The notes: generated by a model not told the origin, from the sequence alone. Numbered from the stretch's first letter, positions 10,408 to 20,569 are shown. The stretch: 64,000 bases of DNA from Candidatus Sulfomarinibacteraceae bacterium (GCA_963796455.1 CAWCLO010000004.1:704001-768000), one strand, 5' to 3'. A program made the numbers and translations.

Positions 10408-12074
10408 CCGCGAAATCTCAGGGCGATCATCGTGCAATCATCGTGTGGCGCAATCGGCGAACAGTACCGGGTCACATCATCCATTACCGCGGCGATGAGA
10501 TTCTTCGGCCGTGCGAGCGCGTTGTGCCGGACCACCTCTTCGAGGCGATCCATCTCGTACTCGACGTCCTGATCTTCCGAGTCTCCGATCATGGTGGCGA
10601 TCGCCCGCGCTTCGACGATACCGTCGGTGTACATCAAGATGACCGAACCCGGGTCCATTTCGGCAACCGTGTTGCGCCAGGTGAGGTCGGGCAGAATTCC
10701 GACCGGTGGTCCCGAGGCTTCCAATACGTGAGTCAGTTCCGGGCCCGACGCGAGGAGTGCCGGATGGTGCCCTGCATTGGCGCCGATCACCTTGCCGTTC
10801 TCGAGATCGATTTCGAAATAGCACATGGTGCAGAATGCGCCGCGCTGACTGCGAGTGACGAAGTGGTCGTTGATCCGGGCGAGAATGGCCGCAGGCGAAC
10901 GGATGTCGTGGGCGTAGAGCCGAAACTCCGCCAGGATCTGGGCCATGGTCAGCGCCGCCGGGACCCCCTTGCCGCTCACATCACCGATCAAAACGCCGAC
11001 GCGATCGCCGTCGAGCCGGACGAAATCGTAGAAATCGCCGCCGACCACTTTGGCCGGCTGGGTTTCGCCATAAACCTCGAATCGCGCTTCGTCGTCAGGC
11101 CAGTCGCGAACCAGAAATCCCTGTTGGATCTTCCAGGCGGCTTCGATGTCCTGATCCATGCGTTGTTTTTCGAGAACGGCACGGTGGTTTTTGGCGTTGT
11201 CGAGCGCCAATCCGGCGCTGTTGCCGGCCGCCGCGGCGAGCAGCAGATGATCGTTATCGTAGCTCTGCTCGGCGATGTCGCTATCGATGTAGAGGATGCC
11301 GAATATCTGGTTCTTTGCCCGAATCGGCACGCAGATGATCGATGAGAGGTTGAGTGCAGCGATGCTTTTGCTGCTGTCGATGTCGTCGTTCGTCCAACCC
11401 GAGTGATAGAGGACGTTTTCGCCGTCTTTGAGCACCCGACGGGCGACCGATTCACTGATCGCGATGTCCTCGACCCTGGCTGTTTGCGAGACGCCGGACC
11501 GGATCGTGTGCACGTGACCGCACTCGGCACAGGGCAGGAGCTCGGCTCCCGCTCCGGCATAGAGGATCGCTCCCCGTTGTCCGCGAATTGCTTCCATTGT
11601 GGTGTTGAGCACGCGGTCGGCAAGATCGCATGGGTTGAAATTCGAACCGAGAGCGTTCATCAACGTATAGGCCGCCTCGAGAAGTTCCTGCGATCTCGAG
11701 GCCGGCGGCGCCTCTTTTTCATGGCCGGTTTCGTCGAGCACCGTCTGCATGAAGACGGTCCTGTCCGACGCCGTGAACCCGGTCTCGTCACCGATTTCAA
11801 AAGTGAAGACCGTCGTCCCGATTCCGATCCGATCGCCGTCCCGGAGCTCGGCGTCGGTGACCCGGCGGTTGTTGATGAGGGTTCCATTGCTGCTGCCGAG
11901 ATCACGGCAAACAAAAACATCTCCGGCAGGGCGGATCTCGATGTGCTGGCGGGAGGCGGCGGCGTCGTTGACAACCAATCCGCAGGCGCTCGAACGCCCG
12001 ATGATCAGGGTCTGGCCGATTGCGACCCGACGCCGCTCGGCTCCCTGACCGTGAATAATGTACCCCTGCCGCAT
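10404..12074 (-). CDS. FHA-GAF-PP2C (SpoIIE/RsbU-like) phosphatase
   Basis: FHA IGR..SRQH..DLGSSNGT; GAF SIICVPI..GILYID; PP2C VGGDFYD, GDVSGKG, YTDG, HDDCT. Confidence 0.93.
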   Translation of the reverse strand: MRQGYIIHGQGAERRRVAIGQTLIIGRSSACGLVVNDAAASRQHIEIRPAGDVFVCRDLGSSNGTLINNRRVTDAELRDGDRIGIGTTVFTFEIGDETGFTASDRTVFMQTVLDETGHEKEAPPASRSQELLEAAYTLMNALGSNFNPCDLADRVLNTTMEAIRGQRGAILYAGAGAELLPCAECGHVHTIRSGVSQTARVEDIAISESVARRVLKDGENVLYHSGWTNDDIDSSKSIAALNLSSIICVPIRAKNQIFGILYIDSDIAEQSYDNDHLLLAAAAGNSAGLALDNAKNHRAVLEKQRMDQDIEAAWKIQQGFLVRDWPDDEARFEVYGETQPAKVVGGDFYDFVRLDGDRVGVLIGDVSGKGVPAALTMAQILAEFRLYAHDIRSPAAILARINDHFVTRSQRGAFCTMCYFEIDLENGKVIGANAGHHPALLASGPELTHVLEASGPPVGILPDLTWRNTVAEMDPGSVILMYTDGIVEARAIATMIGDSEDQDVEYEMDRLEEVVRHNALARPKNLIAAVMDDVTRYCSPIAPHDDCTMIALRFRG

Positions 12075-12264
12075 ATCCGATGCCCCCTGCCTCTTCCCTC
12101 GCGCTGGCCGTGGTCGTGGACGAACGGGTTCTCAGGCCGAACTATACATCAGCGCTGTTCGAACTTACCCGGACACTGGTCCACTGAAACCCCGGGAATG
12201 GGGATCGGGGACAATGGTAGAGGCAAACTGGCGAAAGCCTGAAATCAAATCGGGGAGGCGGGCC

Positions 12265-13203
12265 ATGGCGACGTATCGGGTATTGTCGATCGACGGCGGT
12301 GGAATTCGCGGCCTGGTCACCACGGTCATGCTGCAGCGTCTGGTGGCGGAACCGGGTCTCGGGGGCTTTCTCGACCGGATCGATCTCGCTGCCGGCACCT
12401 CGACGGGTGGCCTGCTCGCTCTCGGGTTGGCCAAGGGCCTCGATCTCGAGGAGATCCGTCGCCTTTACGTGGATGCCGGGCCAAAGATATTCGACGATTC
12501 GTGGTTGGACGATCTGGTCGATCTCGGCAAGCTTCGAGGCGCCGACTACGACATCAAGACACTCCGTCGTGAGCTCAAAAGAATTCTCGGAGAGACGACG
12601 ACGCTGGGTCAGTTGAAAAAACGTGTACTGGTCACCGCCTTCGACCTCGACAACCAGGACTCGGATCCCTCCAAAAGGACCTGGAAGCCGAAGCTGTTTC
12701 ACAATTTCCCCGGTCGCGGGAACGACCGCCGCTCGCTGGCCTACAAGGTGGGGCTCTACACCTCGGCGGCGCCGACCTATTTCCCCTCGGTCGACGGCTT
12801 CATCGATGGCGGCGTCTACGCAGGAAACCCCGCCATGTGCGCCCTTGCGCAGACCCAGGACAAACGATACAAACCGACGCCGGTGCTCGATGAAGTCGTG
12901 CTCCTGTCGCTCGGTACCGGTACCAGCCTGATTCACATCAAGCGAAAAAGCCTGGATTGGGGCTATGCACAGTGGATCAAGCCGCTCGTGAACCTGATGC
13001 TCGACGGATCGGCCGGAATCGCCGATTATCAGTGTTACCAGATGTTGAACGAGCACTATCACCGATTGGCCCCCGTTTTCCCGGCCGGTACCACGGTGCC
13101 GATGGATGGGGTTCAAAAGATCCCGGAGATGATCGCCTTTGCGGAGTCGGTGGATATTCGAAAAACGGCCGCCTGGATTCGCCGCCACTGGATGGGGGAG
13201 TAG
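12265..13203 (+). CDS. Patatin-like phospholipase
   Basis: DGGGIRG, GTSTG nucleophile elbow, SAAPTYF, DGG; GGGAGG RBS before ATG 12265. Confidence 0.93.
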   Translation: MATYRVLSIDGGGIRGLVTTVMLQRLVAEPGLGGFLDRIDLAAGTSTGGLLALGLAKGLDLEEIRRLYVDAGPKIFDDSWLDDLVDLGKLRGADYDIKTLRRELKRILGETTTLGQLKKRVLVTAFDLDNQDSDPSKRTWKPKLFHNFPGRGNDRRSLAYKVGLYTSAAPTYFPSVDGFIDGGVYAGNPAMCALAQTQDKRYKPTPVLDEVVLLSLGTGTSLIHIKRKSLDWGYAQWIKPLVNLMLDGSAGIADYQCYQMLNEHYHRLAPVFPAGTTVPMDGVQKIPEMIAFAESVDIRKTAAWIRRHWMGE

Positions 13204-13209
13204 TCGATC

Positions 13210-13686
13210 GTGGACGGCCTCAGAAAATGTCGATCGCTGTTCGTTGTGGCGGCTCTCTGCGTTGTTTCGCAGGGCTGCGCAAGTGGTGGCCGGGCGGCCA
13301 CCTCCGAGCCGGTGCCGAATGGGTGGCCGGTTCCTTATGACGTGGCCTCCGTTTCGTCCTCTTTTGGTGCTCCCCGGGGAAATGGAAGGCACCAGGGCCT
13401 CGATCTCACCGCACCCAAAGGAACTCCGGTTCGGGCGACTGCCGACGGAGTCGTGGTCTTTGCCGGCCGTTCCGGGGATTTCGGCCGCTTGGTGATCATC
13501 GATCACGGCGATGGATGGCAAACCCGCTATGCCCACCTCAAGGAGATCGAGACCAGGGAGGGGCGACGGGTGCAGCGGGCGACGGTGATCGGCACGGTTG
13601 GGAAGAGCGGCAATGCTTCGGGATACCACCTCCACTACGAAGTTCTGCGCGATGGCGCGGCCGTGGATCCGGGTCCGTTCTTGTGA
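13210..13686 (+). CDS. M23-family metallopeptidase, probable lipoprotein
   Basis: HQGLD, YAHL and HLHYE zinc motifs. Confidence 0.92.
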   Translation: MDGLRKCRSLFVVAALCVVSQGCASGGRAATSEPVPNGWPVPYDVASVSSSFGAPRGNGRHQGLDLTAPKGTPVRATADGVVVFAGRSGDFGRLVIIDHGDGWQTRYAHLKEIETREGRRVQRATVIGTVGKSGNASGYHLHYEVLRDGAAVDPGPFL

Positions 13687-13732
13687 CCGATCTACGGAAA
13701 CCGCCGGTCGGGTGGAGCGGAGGGCGGCCGAC

Positions 13733-14401
13733 GTGAACGGCCGCCTGTCCGAGGAACTCGCCACCTACTGTTCGGATCGGATCGCGGAGTTCGACCGGAT
13801 ATCCGCAGAGCGCCAACAGACCCTCGACCTTCTGGCGCGGGCTGTTGGCGAGAGGCTCGAAACCGAGGATTCGGCGGAGGTCATATTCATCTGCACCCAC
13901 AACTCACGCCGCAGCCACTTGACTCAGCTGTGGGCGCAGACCGCTGCCCACCTCTATGGAGTCGGCGGGGTCTCGACCTTTTCCGGCGGTACCGAGGCGA
14001 CCGCCTTCAACCCCAGTGCGGTTGCGGCTGTCCGGCGGGCCGGTTTCTCGGTTCGCCGGGCGACGGCCGGCGACAACCCCATTTACCGCATCCGCTGCGA
14101 CGAGCAGATGGAGGCCATGGAGTGTTTCTCCAAGGTCTACGACGAGCCACCGAATCCACAGCGTGGATTCATCGCCGTGCTGACCTGTTCGGCTGCCGAC
14201 GCAGCGTGTCCGGTGGTAGAGGGTGCGGCGGCGCGAATCGCGATCCCCTACGACGATCCAAAGGATTTCGATGGAACGCCGCGGGAAGCGGCGGTCTACG
14301 ACGAGCGTTGCCGTCAGATTGCGCGTGAAATGTTGTCTGTCTTCAGGATCCTCGCTGCGGGCCGAGCAATTGATGATCCCCGCACGTGGGCCAAAGGGTG
14401 A
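13733..14401 (+). CDS. Low-molecular-weight protein-tyrosine phosphatase / arsenate reductase family
   Basis: P-loop FICTHNSRRS, TCSAADAACP, DDPK; GTG start after GGAGG. Confidence 0.85.
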   Translation: MNGRLSEELATYCSDRIAEFDRISAERQQTLDLLARAVGERLETEDSAEVIFICTHNSRRSHLTQLWAQTAAHLYGVGGVSTFSGGTEATAFNPSAVAAVRRAGFSVRRATAGDNPIYRIRCDEQMEAMECFSKVYDEPPNPQRGFIAVLTCSAADAACPVVEGAAARIAIPYDDPKDFDGTPREAAVYDERCRQIAREMLSVFRILAAGRAIDDPRTWAKG

Positions 14402-14421
14402 AGGCAGGGTAGACTCTCGCT

Positions 14422-15369
14422 ATGGAGAAATGGCTGCACGACCTGCAACGCTTTGTTGAGGGCTCACTCGGTTTGTCTCCCGAGCTCTTTGACAAGATCC
14501 TGGCGACCATCGTAGTCGCTGTCTTGTTGTTGCTCGCTCGGCGCGCAATCCTCTACATCCTGAGTCGCCGCGTCCACGACATCGGTCGCCGCTACATCGC
14601 CGTCAAGACCATCAACTACTTTCTCGGTTTTTGTGCGACGCTGGCCCTGTTGCGGATCTGGCTCGGAGGTTTGACCGGGCTTGCCGCCTCGATCGGCATT
14701 GTCTCCGCCGGTATCGCCATCGCTCTCCACGCCCCACTCGGCAATCTCGCCGGTTGGGTGTTCCTCAGTATTCGGCGGCCTTTTACGGTCGGTGACCGAA
14801 TTCAGATCGGAGACTGTGCCGGCGACGTCATCGATCTCAGGCTCTTTGCTTTTTCGCTGGTTGAAATCGGCAACTGGGTCAATGCCGACCAGAGCACCGG
14901 TCGAATTCTCCACATTCCCAACGGGAGGGTTTTTACGGAAATGGTGGCGAACTACACTCAGGGATTCAATTTCATCTGGGACGAGCTTCCGGTGACGGTG
15001 ACCTTCGAAAGTGACTGGCGAAAAGCCAAGGCCCTGTTGTCGGAGATCGCCGGACACCACGCCGCCCTCACCAAGGAGGACGCGGCCCGGCAGGTGCGCC
15101 GCGCGGCCAACAAGTACCTCATCCACTATCAACACCTGACGCCGATCGTCTGGACCTCGGTGGCCGACATCGGGGTGACCCTGACCCTCCGGTTTCTGAC
15201 CGATCCGCGCAAGCGGAGGTCGGTCGAAGAGGCCATGTGGGAGGAGATTCTCGATGTCTTCGCCGCCCACGACGATATCGATTTTGCCTACCCGACCCAG
15301 CGCTTTTATGACAACCTGAGCGAGGGCAAACCGGGAGCGAGAGCACCTGCGGCCGGCGACGATCGTTGA
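14422..15369 (+). CDS. mscS: Small-conductance mechanosensitive channel (MscS family)
   Basis: TM helices followed by RPFTVGDRIQIG and IPNGRVF. Confidence 0.9.
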   Translation: MEKWLHDLQRFVEGSLGLSPELFDKILATIVVAVLLLLARRAILYILSRRVHDIGRRYIAVKTINYFLGFCATLALLRIWLGGLTGLAASIGIVSAGIAIALHAPLGNLAGWVFLSIRRPFTVGDRIQIGDCAGDVIDLRLFAFSLVEIGNWVNADQSTGRILHIPNGRVFTEMVANYTQGFNFIWDELPVTVTFESDWRKAKALLSEIAGHHAALTKEDAARQVRRAANKYLIHYQHLTPIVWTSVADIGVTLTLRFLTDPRKRRSVEEAMWEEILDVFAAHDDIDFAYPTQRFYDNLSEGKPGARAPAAGDDR

Positions 15370-15390
15370 CCGAAAAATTTTCAGGAGGTC

Positions 15391-17254
15391 GTGATGGGTC
15401 GGGAAATGGATGTGATGACTTCTTGCGAGCTCTTCCAGGGCCTGGCTCCCGCGACGCTGGAACAATTGGCGAAGTTGGCCCGACGCGAGATCATTGAAGA
15501 CGGACAACTGGTCTTCGAAGTCGGTGCTCCGCGAAGAGGCCTCTATGTGATCGTTGCCGGAAACCTCGGGGTGATCGTGGGTGGCGGCAACGAATCCGAT
15601 CTTCGGATTCTGCTCGGCCCCGGCGAAGCGATCGGCGAAGCGGCGCTCATCGACCAGTCACAACACACGGCCACCGTTCGGGCGCGTGGTCGGGCCGAGG
15701 TCCTGGAGCTGAATGCCGACGAAGTGATCGCCGCGCTCGCCGACGAGCCACAGGATCTCCACCGTCTGCTCTCCAACGTCACCACCATTATCGTCAGGAG
15801 AATGCAGTACGCGGCCTACCGGAGGGTGGGTTGGGAGCAGATCTATCGTTCGGGCGCGACCCGGTTGGAACACGATCTTCTCGGCGAACGGGAGGTTCCG
15901 GACGACGCCCGTTATGGGGTCCAGACTCTGCGGGCGATGGAAAATTTTGACATCACGGGCATCCGTCTCGGCCACTATCCCCATCTCGTGCGGGCCATGG
16001 CCATCGTCAAACAAGCCGCCGCGCGGGCCAACCAGGACCTCGGATTGCTCGATGAGGAAATCGCCTCAGCCATCGAATACGCCTGCCAAGAAATCATCGA
16101 CGGTCATTGGCACGGTCATTTTGTGGTCGATGTGGTGCAGGGAGGTGCCGGCACCTCCACCAACATGAATGCCAACGAGGTGATCGCCAACCGAGCGCTC
16201 GAACTGCTCGGTCACCATCGCGGCGACTACCAGTACTGCCACCCCAACAATCACGTCAATCTCTCCCAGTCGACCAACGACGTCTATCCGACCGCGGTCC
16301 GGGTCGCGCTCCTTCTCGAGCTCGATGAGTTGCTCGCCGAGTTGGAGGCCTTCGAAAAAGTGCTCGAGGCGAAGGCTGCGGAGTTTGCCGACGTCCTCAA
16401 AATGGGTCGTACCCAGCTCCAGGACGCTGTGCCCATGACCCTGGGCCAGGAGTTCGAGGCATTCGCGGTGACCACCGCGGAGGACATCCTGCGGTTGCGC
16501 GAAACGGCCCGTCTCTTTCTCGAGGTCAATCTCGGCGGCACGGCCATCGGTACCGGGATCAACGCCGACCCACGCTATCCGCAGATGGCGGTTGACGAGT
16601 TGACAAAGATCACCGGGCTCGATTTCGTGCTGGCTGCAAATCTCGTCGAGGCAACTCCCGACACCGGTGCGTTCGTGATGTTTTCGGGTGTTTTAAAGAG
16701 GGTTGCGGTCAAGCTCTCGAAGCTCTGCAACGACCTCCGTCTCTTGTCCTCGGGCCCGCGCTGCGGGTTCAACGAGATCAATCTTCCGGCCATGCAACCG
16801 GGGTCTTCGATCATGCCCGGCAAGGTCAACCCAGTGATTCCGGAGGTAGTCAACCAGATCGCCTTTCAGGTCATCGGCAACGATCTCACTATCACGATGG
16901 CGGCCGAAGCCGGGCAGCTGCAGCTCAACGTGATGGAGCCGATCATCACCTTCAACCTTTTCGAATCCCTCGATATGCTGACTGCCGGTGTCCGGGTCTT
17001 CACGCGAACGGTGTATCGCAGGCATCACCGTCAATCGGGATCGGTGCCGCGATCTGATCGAATCTTCGATCGGTGTCGTCACTGCGCTGGTGCCGGTGAT
17101 CGGCTACGAACGGGCCGGCGAGGTTGCCAAGGAAGCCCTGTCCAGCGGCCGCTCGGTGCGGGAGATTCTGCTTGAAGATGGTGATCTCGACCAGGCGGAA
17201 ATCGACAAGTGGCTTTCGCCGGAGGCGATGACCAAACCACGAAACCTCACGTAG
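15391..17254 (+). CDS. aspA: Aspartate ammonia-lyase with an N-terminal cyclic-nucleotide-binding domain; +1 frameshift at about 17002
   Basis: cNMP-type 'GEAIGEAALID..HTATVRA'; GGAGTSTNMNANE, GSSIMPGKVNP; C-terminus (RERCIAGIT...IGYE) continues in another frame. Confidence 0.88.
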
Positions 17255-17340
17255 GAGCTGGACCCAGGATGCAGGATGCAGGATTCAGGGAACAGAGGAG
17301 ACCCGGTCCCTGTCACAAACGACGTTTCCGGTAGTGTTAC

Positions 17341-17395
17341 CCCTTTCTCCCTTTCTCCCTTTCTCCCTTTCTCCCTTTCTCCCTTTCTCCCTTTC
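17341..17395. repeat. 8-bp tandem repeat (CCCTTTCT) x6.9
   Basis: Read directly; same unit as 753-800 in the opposite orientation. Confidence 0.95.
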
Positions 17396-17422
17396 GGGAA
17401 CGGGATCGGGACTGTCGGTCAA

Positions 17423-17543
17423 GATGTCATCCTGAGCGAAGCGCCTTCGGCGCGAAGTCGAAGGATCTGCGGTCCGGGAATCTCTGTCCATTTCATAGAT
17501 CCTTCGACTACGCCCCATATGGGACTCCGCTCAGGATGACATC
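17423..17543. repeat. REP-like palindromic element, copy 1
   Basis: 16-bp terminal inverted repeat GATGTCATCCTGAGCG/CGCTCAGGATGACATC and inner AGTCGAAGGATCT/AGATCCTTCGACT. Confidence 0.88.
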
Positions 17544-17633
17544 GGGAGGCGGCATTCGCTTGAGTTCGAAGTCTGTGCGGGTGTTTCTTCGCTTCCCATC
17601 CGCCTCTCTTGTGGATCGATCTCGCCGTCGATT

Positions 17634-17718
17634 GCGATAGCGATCCCGATAGCGATAGCGATAGCGATGAGCTGGCCCTCGTGCCCCTCCGCCCCTCTGC
17701 CCCTCCGCCCCTCTGCTA
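17634..17718. repeat. Short tandem repeats (GCGATA)n and (GCCCCTCY)n
   Basis: Read directly in the intergenic region. Confidence 0.85.
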
Positions 17719-17813
17719 TGTCTGGGAGATCGAGCATCGAGGGAGTAGGCGGTCTCCCTTTCACCCTTTCTCGCTCTCGGGGACGGGATCGAGTTCCAAA
17801 GAGAATGGTCGGC

Positions 17814-19049
17814 TCAGAAACCCCAGCGCGTGAAGAACCAGACCTTCTGGGTGTCGACGGTCCATTCGTCAGCGTCGTAGAGGGCGAACTTGAGTCCGAA
17901 CTGCTGTTTCCAGGAGGTCTTGTAGACCGCGAAACCATCGAGCTCGGTGCCGTAGGACGCGCCGCCGCTGTCGGCGGAGAAGTCGTGGTATTCGGCGCCC
18001 AGAGTCCATCTTCCGACTTTGGCGTTGACGGTCAGGAACAGGTCCTGGAGACCGTTTGCAGGAGTCGCCAGAAAGCGATCGGCCCATCCGTTGAATTTGT
18101 GCAGGGTGGCGAGGGGGGTGTTGAAGCTGCCATCACCCGCGGCGCCGCCGAGTAGCTCATACCCGGCGCCGAAGGTCACCTTGCCGACCTTGAGTCCGAG
18201 ATCGGCGCGGCCGTAGTTCGCATCGACGGATTCGGGGTTGTTGGCGGTGTCGCTCTGGGTCGCGAGCTCCAGACGGTAGCTCAGGTCGAGGCTGTCCGAT
18301 AGCGGAGCAGAACCGGCAAAGGAGGCCCCGATCGTGCTGGTCGAGAGTCTCCAGAGTGTCTCCTGATCGTAGTCGATGGAGAGCAGGTAGGCGCGCAGGG
18401 TTCCCGCCTTCCCGAGCTTCAGCGAGCCGTCGAGATGGCTGGTGGACATGGGCCGCTCGGCACCGGTGACGGTTCTCTGGCGGCCGATATAGGTGTATCC
18501 GAGGGAGATGTTCTTGAAGCCGTTGAAGTGGACCATTCCGGCGTCGTAGCCCTGGTGATTCTGGCGCCAGCCCACGTTCCCGATGAAGCGAGAGTTGTCG
18601 ACGATGATCTCCTGCCGCCCGCCACGAAACGGCAGGGTCTTGATGGGTTTCCACTCGAGGTAGGCCTGGTTGATCTCGGTGATCGGAGGATCGGCAATGA
18701 CCGGCCGGTCGGTGACGCCGTTCCACAACGAGCCGTGGCCCGCGTTGTTGTGCTCGTTCGACATTCCGATGTTGCGCACGTCCTCGAACTCCACGAATGC
18801 GGACAGATTCTGCCACCAGAGCGTGCGGTAGCCGAGAGCGGTACGAATGGTCGAGGCAAGGCCCCGCTCGTCGCCGTTGTCGAGATCAACGTTCTCATAG
18901 CGGTAGTTCAGGTTGAGCGAAATCTTGCCTTTGGTGAGGGCGTCTCCCAGTGCCGGGTCCTCATCTTCCGCGGAGGCGAAGCTCGCCAGGCCGGCGACGG
19001 CGACGATCACAAAAATCGAAACGATGATCTGAAACGGTCTGCGATTCAT
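17814..19049 (-). CDS. Outer-membrane beta-barrel, alginate-export-like family
   Basis: Signal peptide, 'GRQEIIVDNSRFIGNVGWRQNHQGYD', 'FNTPLATLHKFNGWAD', C-terminal WGF; GAGGAG RBS. Confidence 0.82.
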   Translation of the reverse strand: MNRRPFQIIVSIFVIVAVAGLASFASAEDEDPALGDALTKGKISLNLNYRYENVDLDNGDERGLASTIRTALGYRTLWWQNLSAFVEFEDVRNIGMSNEHNNAGHGSLWNGVTDRPVIADPPITEINQAYLEWKPIKTLPFRGGRQEIIVDNSRFIGNVGWRQNHQGYDAGMVHFNGFKNISLGYTYIGRQRTVTGAERPMSTSHLDGSLKLGKAGTLRAYLLSIDYDQETLWRLSTSTIGASFAGSAPLSDSLDLSYRLELATQSDTANNPESVDANYGRADLGLKVGKVTFGAGYELLGGAAGDGSFNTPLATLHKFNGWADRFLATPANGLQDLFLTVNAKVGRWTLGAEYHDFSADSGGASYGTELDGFAVYKTSWKQQFGLKFALYDADEWTVDTQKVWFFTRWGF

Positions 19050-19081
19050 GGTGTTCTCCTCGGCCGGCCTCGGGGCCGCCA

Positions 19082-20569
19082 TCACTGTTTGGTCGACGAC
19101 AGAAATTCCTGACGAAGGAACTCGTGCATCGGACGGTTTCGTGCTTTCTCCGGAGCGGGCTCGAGATAGGCGAACGGTTGCGACTCGCCGTAGGCCAGGA
19201 TCGAATGGCACAGGGTGCAGTCATCCGAAATCCAGTCGCCGTCCACATTCTGAAGCTCGCGGGTATGGCAACGGAAACAGCCGGTGGAGCCCTGGTGGCC
19301 CAAAAAGCTGGGGTATGCGCCCCACTCGATCTTCATCCCGGGATGGACATTTCGCGCCCAGACTGCGACGAGCTCGTCGACCGCGGCGTCGATCCGGTCA
19401 TACCAGGCGGATGCATGCTTGGGGTAGTTGCGGCGGTAGAAGCTCTCGAGTCCGGCTCGGATCCCGTGCTCGGCGGCCTCCAGGGAGGGGTAGCCGCCGG
19501 TCACCGCGTCCAGGGCCTCGCGCCGGATATACGGCAGATCGCGATCGATCATTCCGAGCCGCAGCCGTTCATCCACCGCCCGCTCGGGCTCCTCGTAGAT
19601 GTGGGTCGCCCGGTTGTGACAATCGACGCAATCCATGATTCGTTCGCCGCCCTCAGCTTTTTTGTCGGTCAGCCGGGTGTTGAAAAACCTGCGGGCGCTG
19701 CCGTCCTCATCGCTGACCTCGACCCAGATCATCTCCTCACGTTTGTCATCGACTGAGGCGTAGCGAACCTCGTTGCCGTCCTGGACGTGCCAATGAACAC
19801 CGGTGTCGCCGGCGGCACCGGGATCGATCTTGAGGTTGAGGGTCGTATAGCTGGGAGTCGAGGTCTCATCGTTGGCGTAGCTGACCCGGGTCTGCAACCG
19901 GCTGCCATAGAACTTGCCCGGCCAGTGGCACTTCTCACAGGTCTCGCGGGCCGGACGCAGCTGGTGGACCGGGGTCGGGATCGGGCGTTCGTAGAGATCG
20001 AAGGTGGCGGAGACCATCTGCCAGGCGCCGTTCAGTTTCGAGTTCACGAGCGCACCGACGCCTTCGCCGACGTGGCACTCGACACACGCGACCCGTGCGT
20101 GGGGCGAGGCCTGGTAGGTGGCCCATTCCGGGCTCATGACCGAGTGGCAGGCGGTGCCGCAGAACTCGGCGCTGTCCATGAAGTGAAGCATTTTGATGCT
20201 GGCGATCCCGAGAATGAGGAGATTGGCCAACGTGAAGATCGCGACGGTCCGAAAGAGTTTCGATCCGGCCGCCTGGGCTTTGACATCGTCACTTCCGAAT
20301 CGCTTTTCGAGCAGTTCTCTGGATGACAGCCCGGTTCGCCTGCGCTGCCGAAACCATGCAATCGGTATCAGGACCAGACCCAGAACGAACATCACCGGGA
20401 AGAGCAGGTAGACGATCAACCCCACATAGGAGTTGGTCACCAGACCGAGCAACATCACCAGCTGAAAAAGGACGAAGCTGACGAATGCAGTGGTCGTCAG
20501 GATGACGCCGACCCGGCCGAGACGGTCGAGCGACACCGCACGGATGAAGTCGAGATAGCCTCGGAGCAT
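19082..20569 (-). CDS. Membrane-anchored NapC/NirT-like multiheme cytochrome c (about 6 hemes)
   Basis: Three N-terminal TM segments; CGTACH (CX3CH), CVECH, CEKCH, CVDCH, CFRCH, CTLCH. Confidence 0.88.
   Translation of the reverse strand: MLRGYLDFIRAVSLDRLGRVGVILTTTAFVSFVLFQLVMLLGLVTNSYVGLIVYLLFPVMFVLGLVLIPIAWFRQRRRTGLSSRELLEKRFGSDDVKAQAAGSKLFRTVAIFTLANLLILGIASIKMLHFMDSAEFCGTACHSVMSPEWATYQASPHARVACVECHVGEGVGALVNSKLNGAWQMVSATFDLYERPIPTPVHQLRPARETCEKCHWPGKFYGSRLQTRVSYANDETSTPSYTTLNLKIDPGAAGDTGVHWHVQDGNEVRYASVDDKREEMIWVEVSDEDGSARRFFNTRLTDKKAEGGERIMDCVDCHNRATHIYEEPERAVDERLRLGMIDRDLPYIRREALDAVTGGYPSLEAAEHGIRAGLESFYRRNYPKHASAWYDRIDAAVDELVAVWARNVHPGMKIEWGAYPSFLGHQGSTGCFRCHTRELQNVDGDWISDDCTLCHSILAYGESQPFAYLEPAPEKARNRPMHEFLRQEFLSSTKQ

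Noticed and set aside
12265..13203. Patatin as a CBASS CapV-type defence effector
   Set aside because: No CD-NTase or other defence genes nearby
12142..13764. Long opposite-strand or alternate-frame ORFs (e.g. 12142-13764, 10110-11345, 20668-22044, 30519-31736, 34096-35334, 44176-45417)
   Set aside because: Shadow ORFs of well-supported genes, as expected in GC-rich DNA; no motifs
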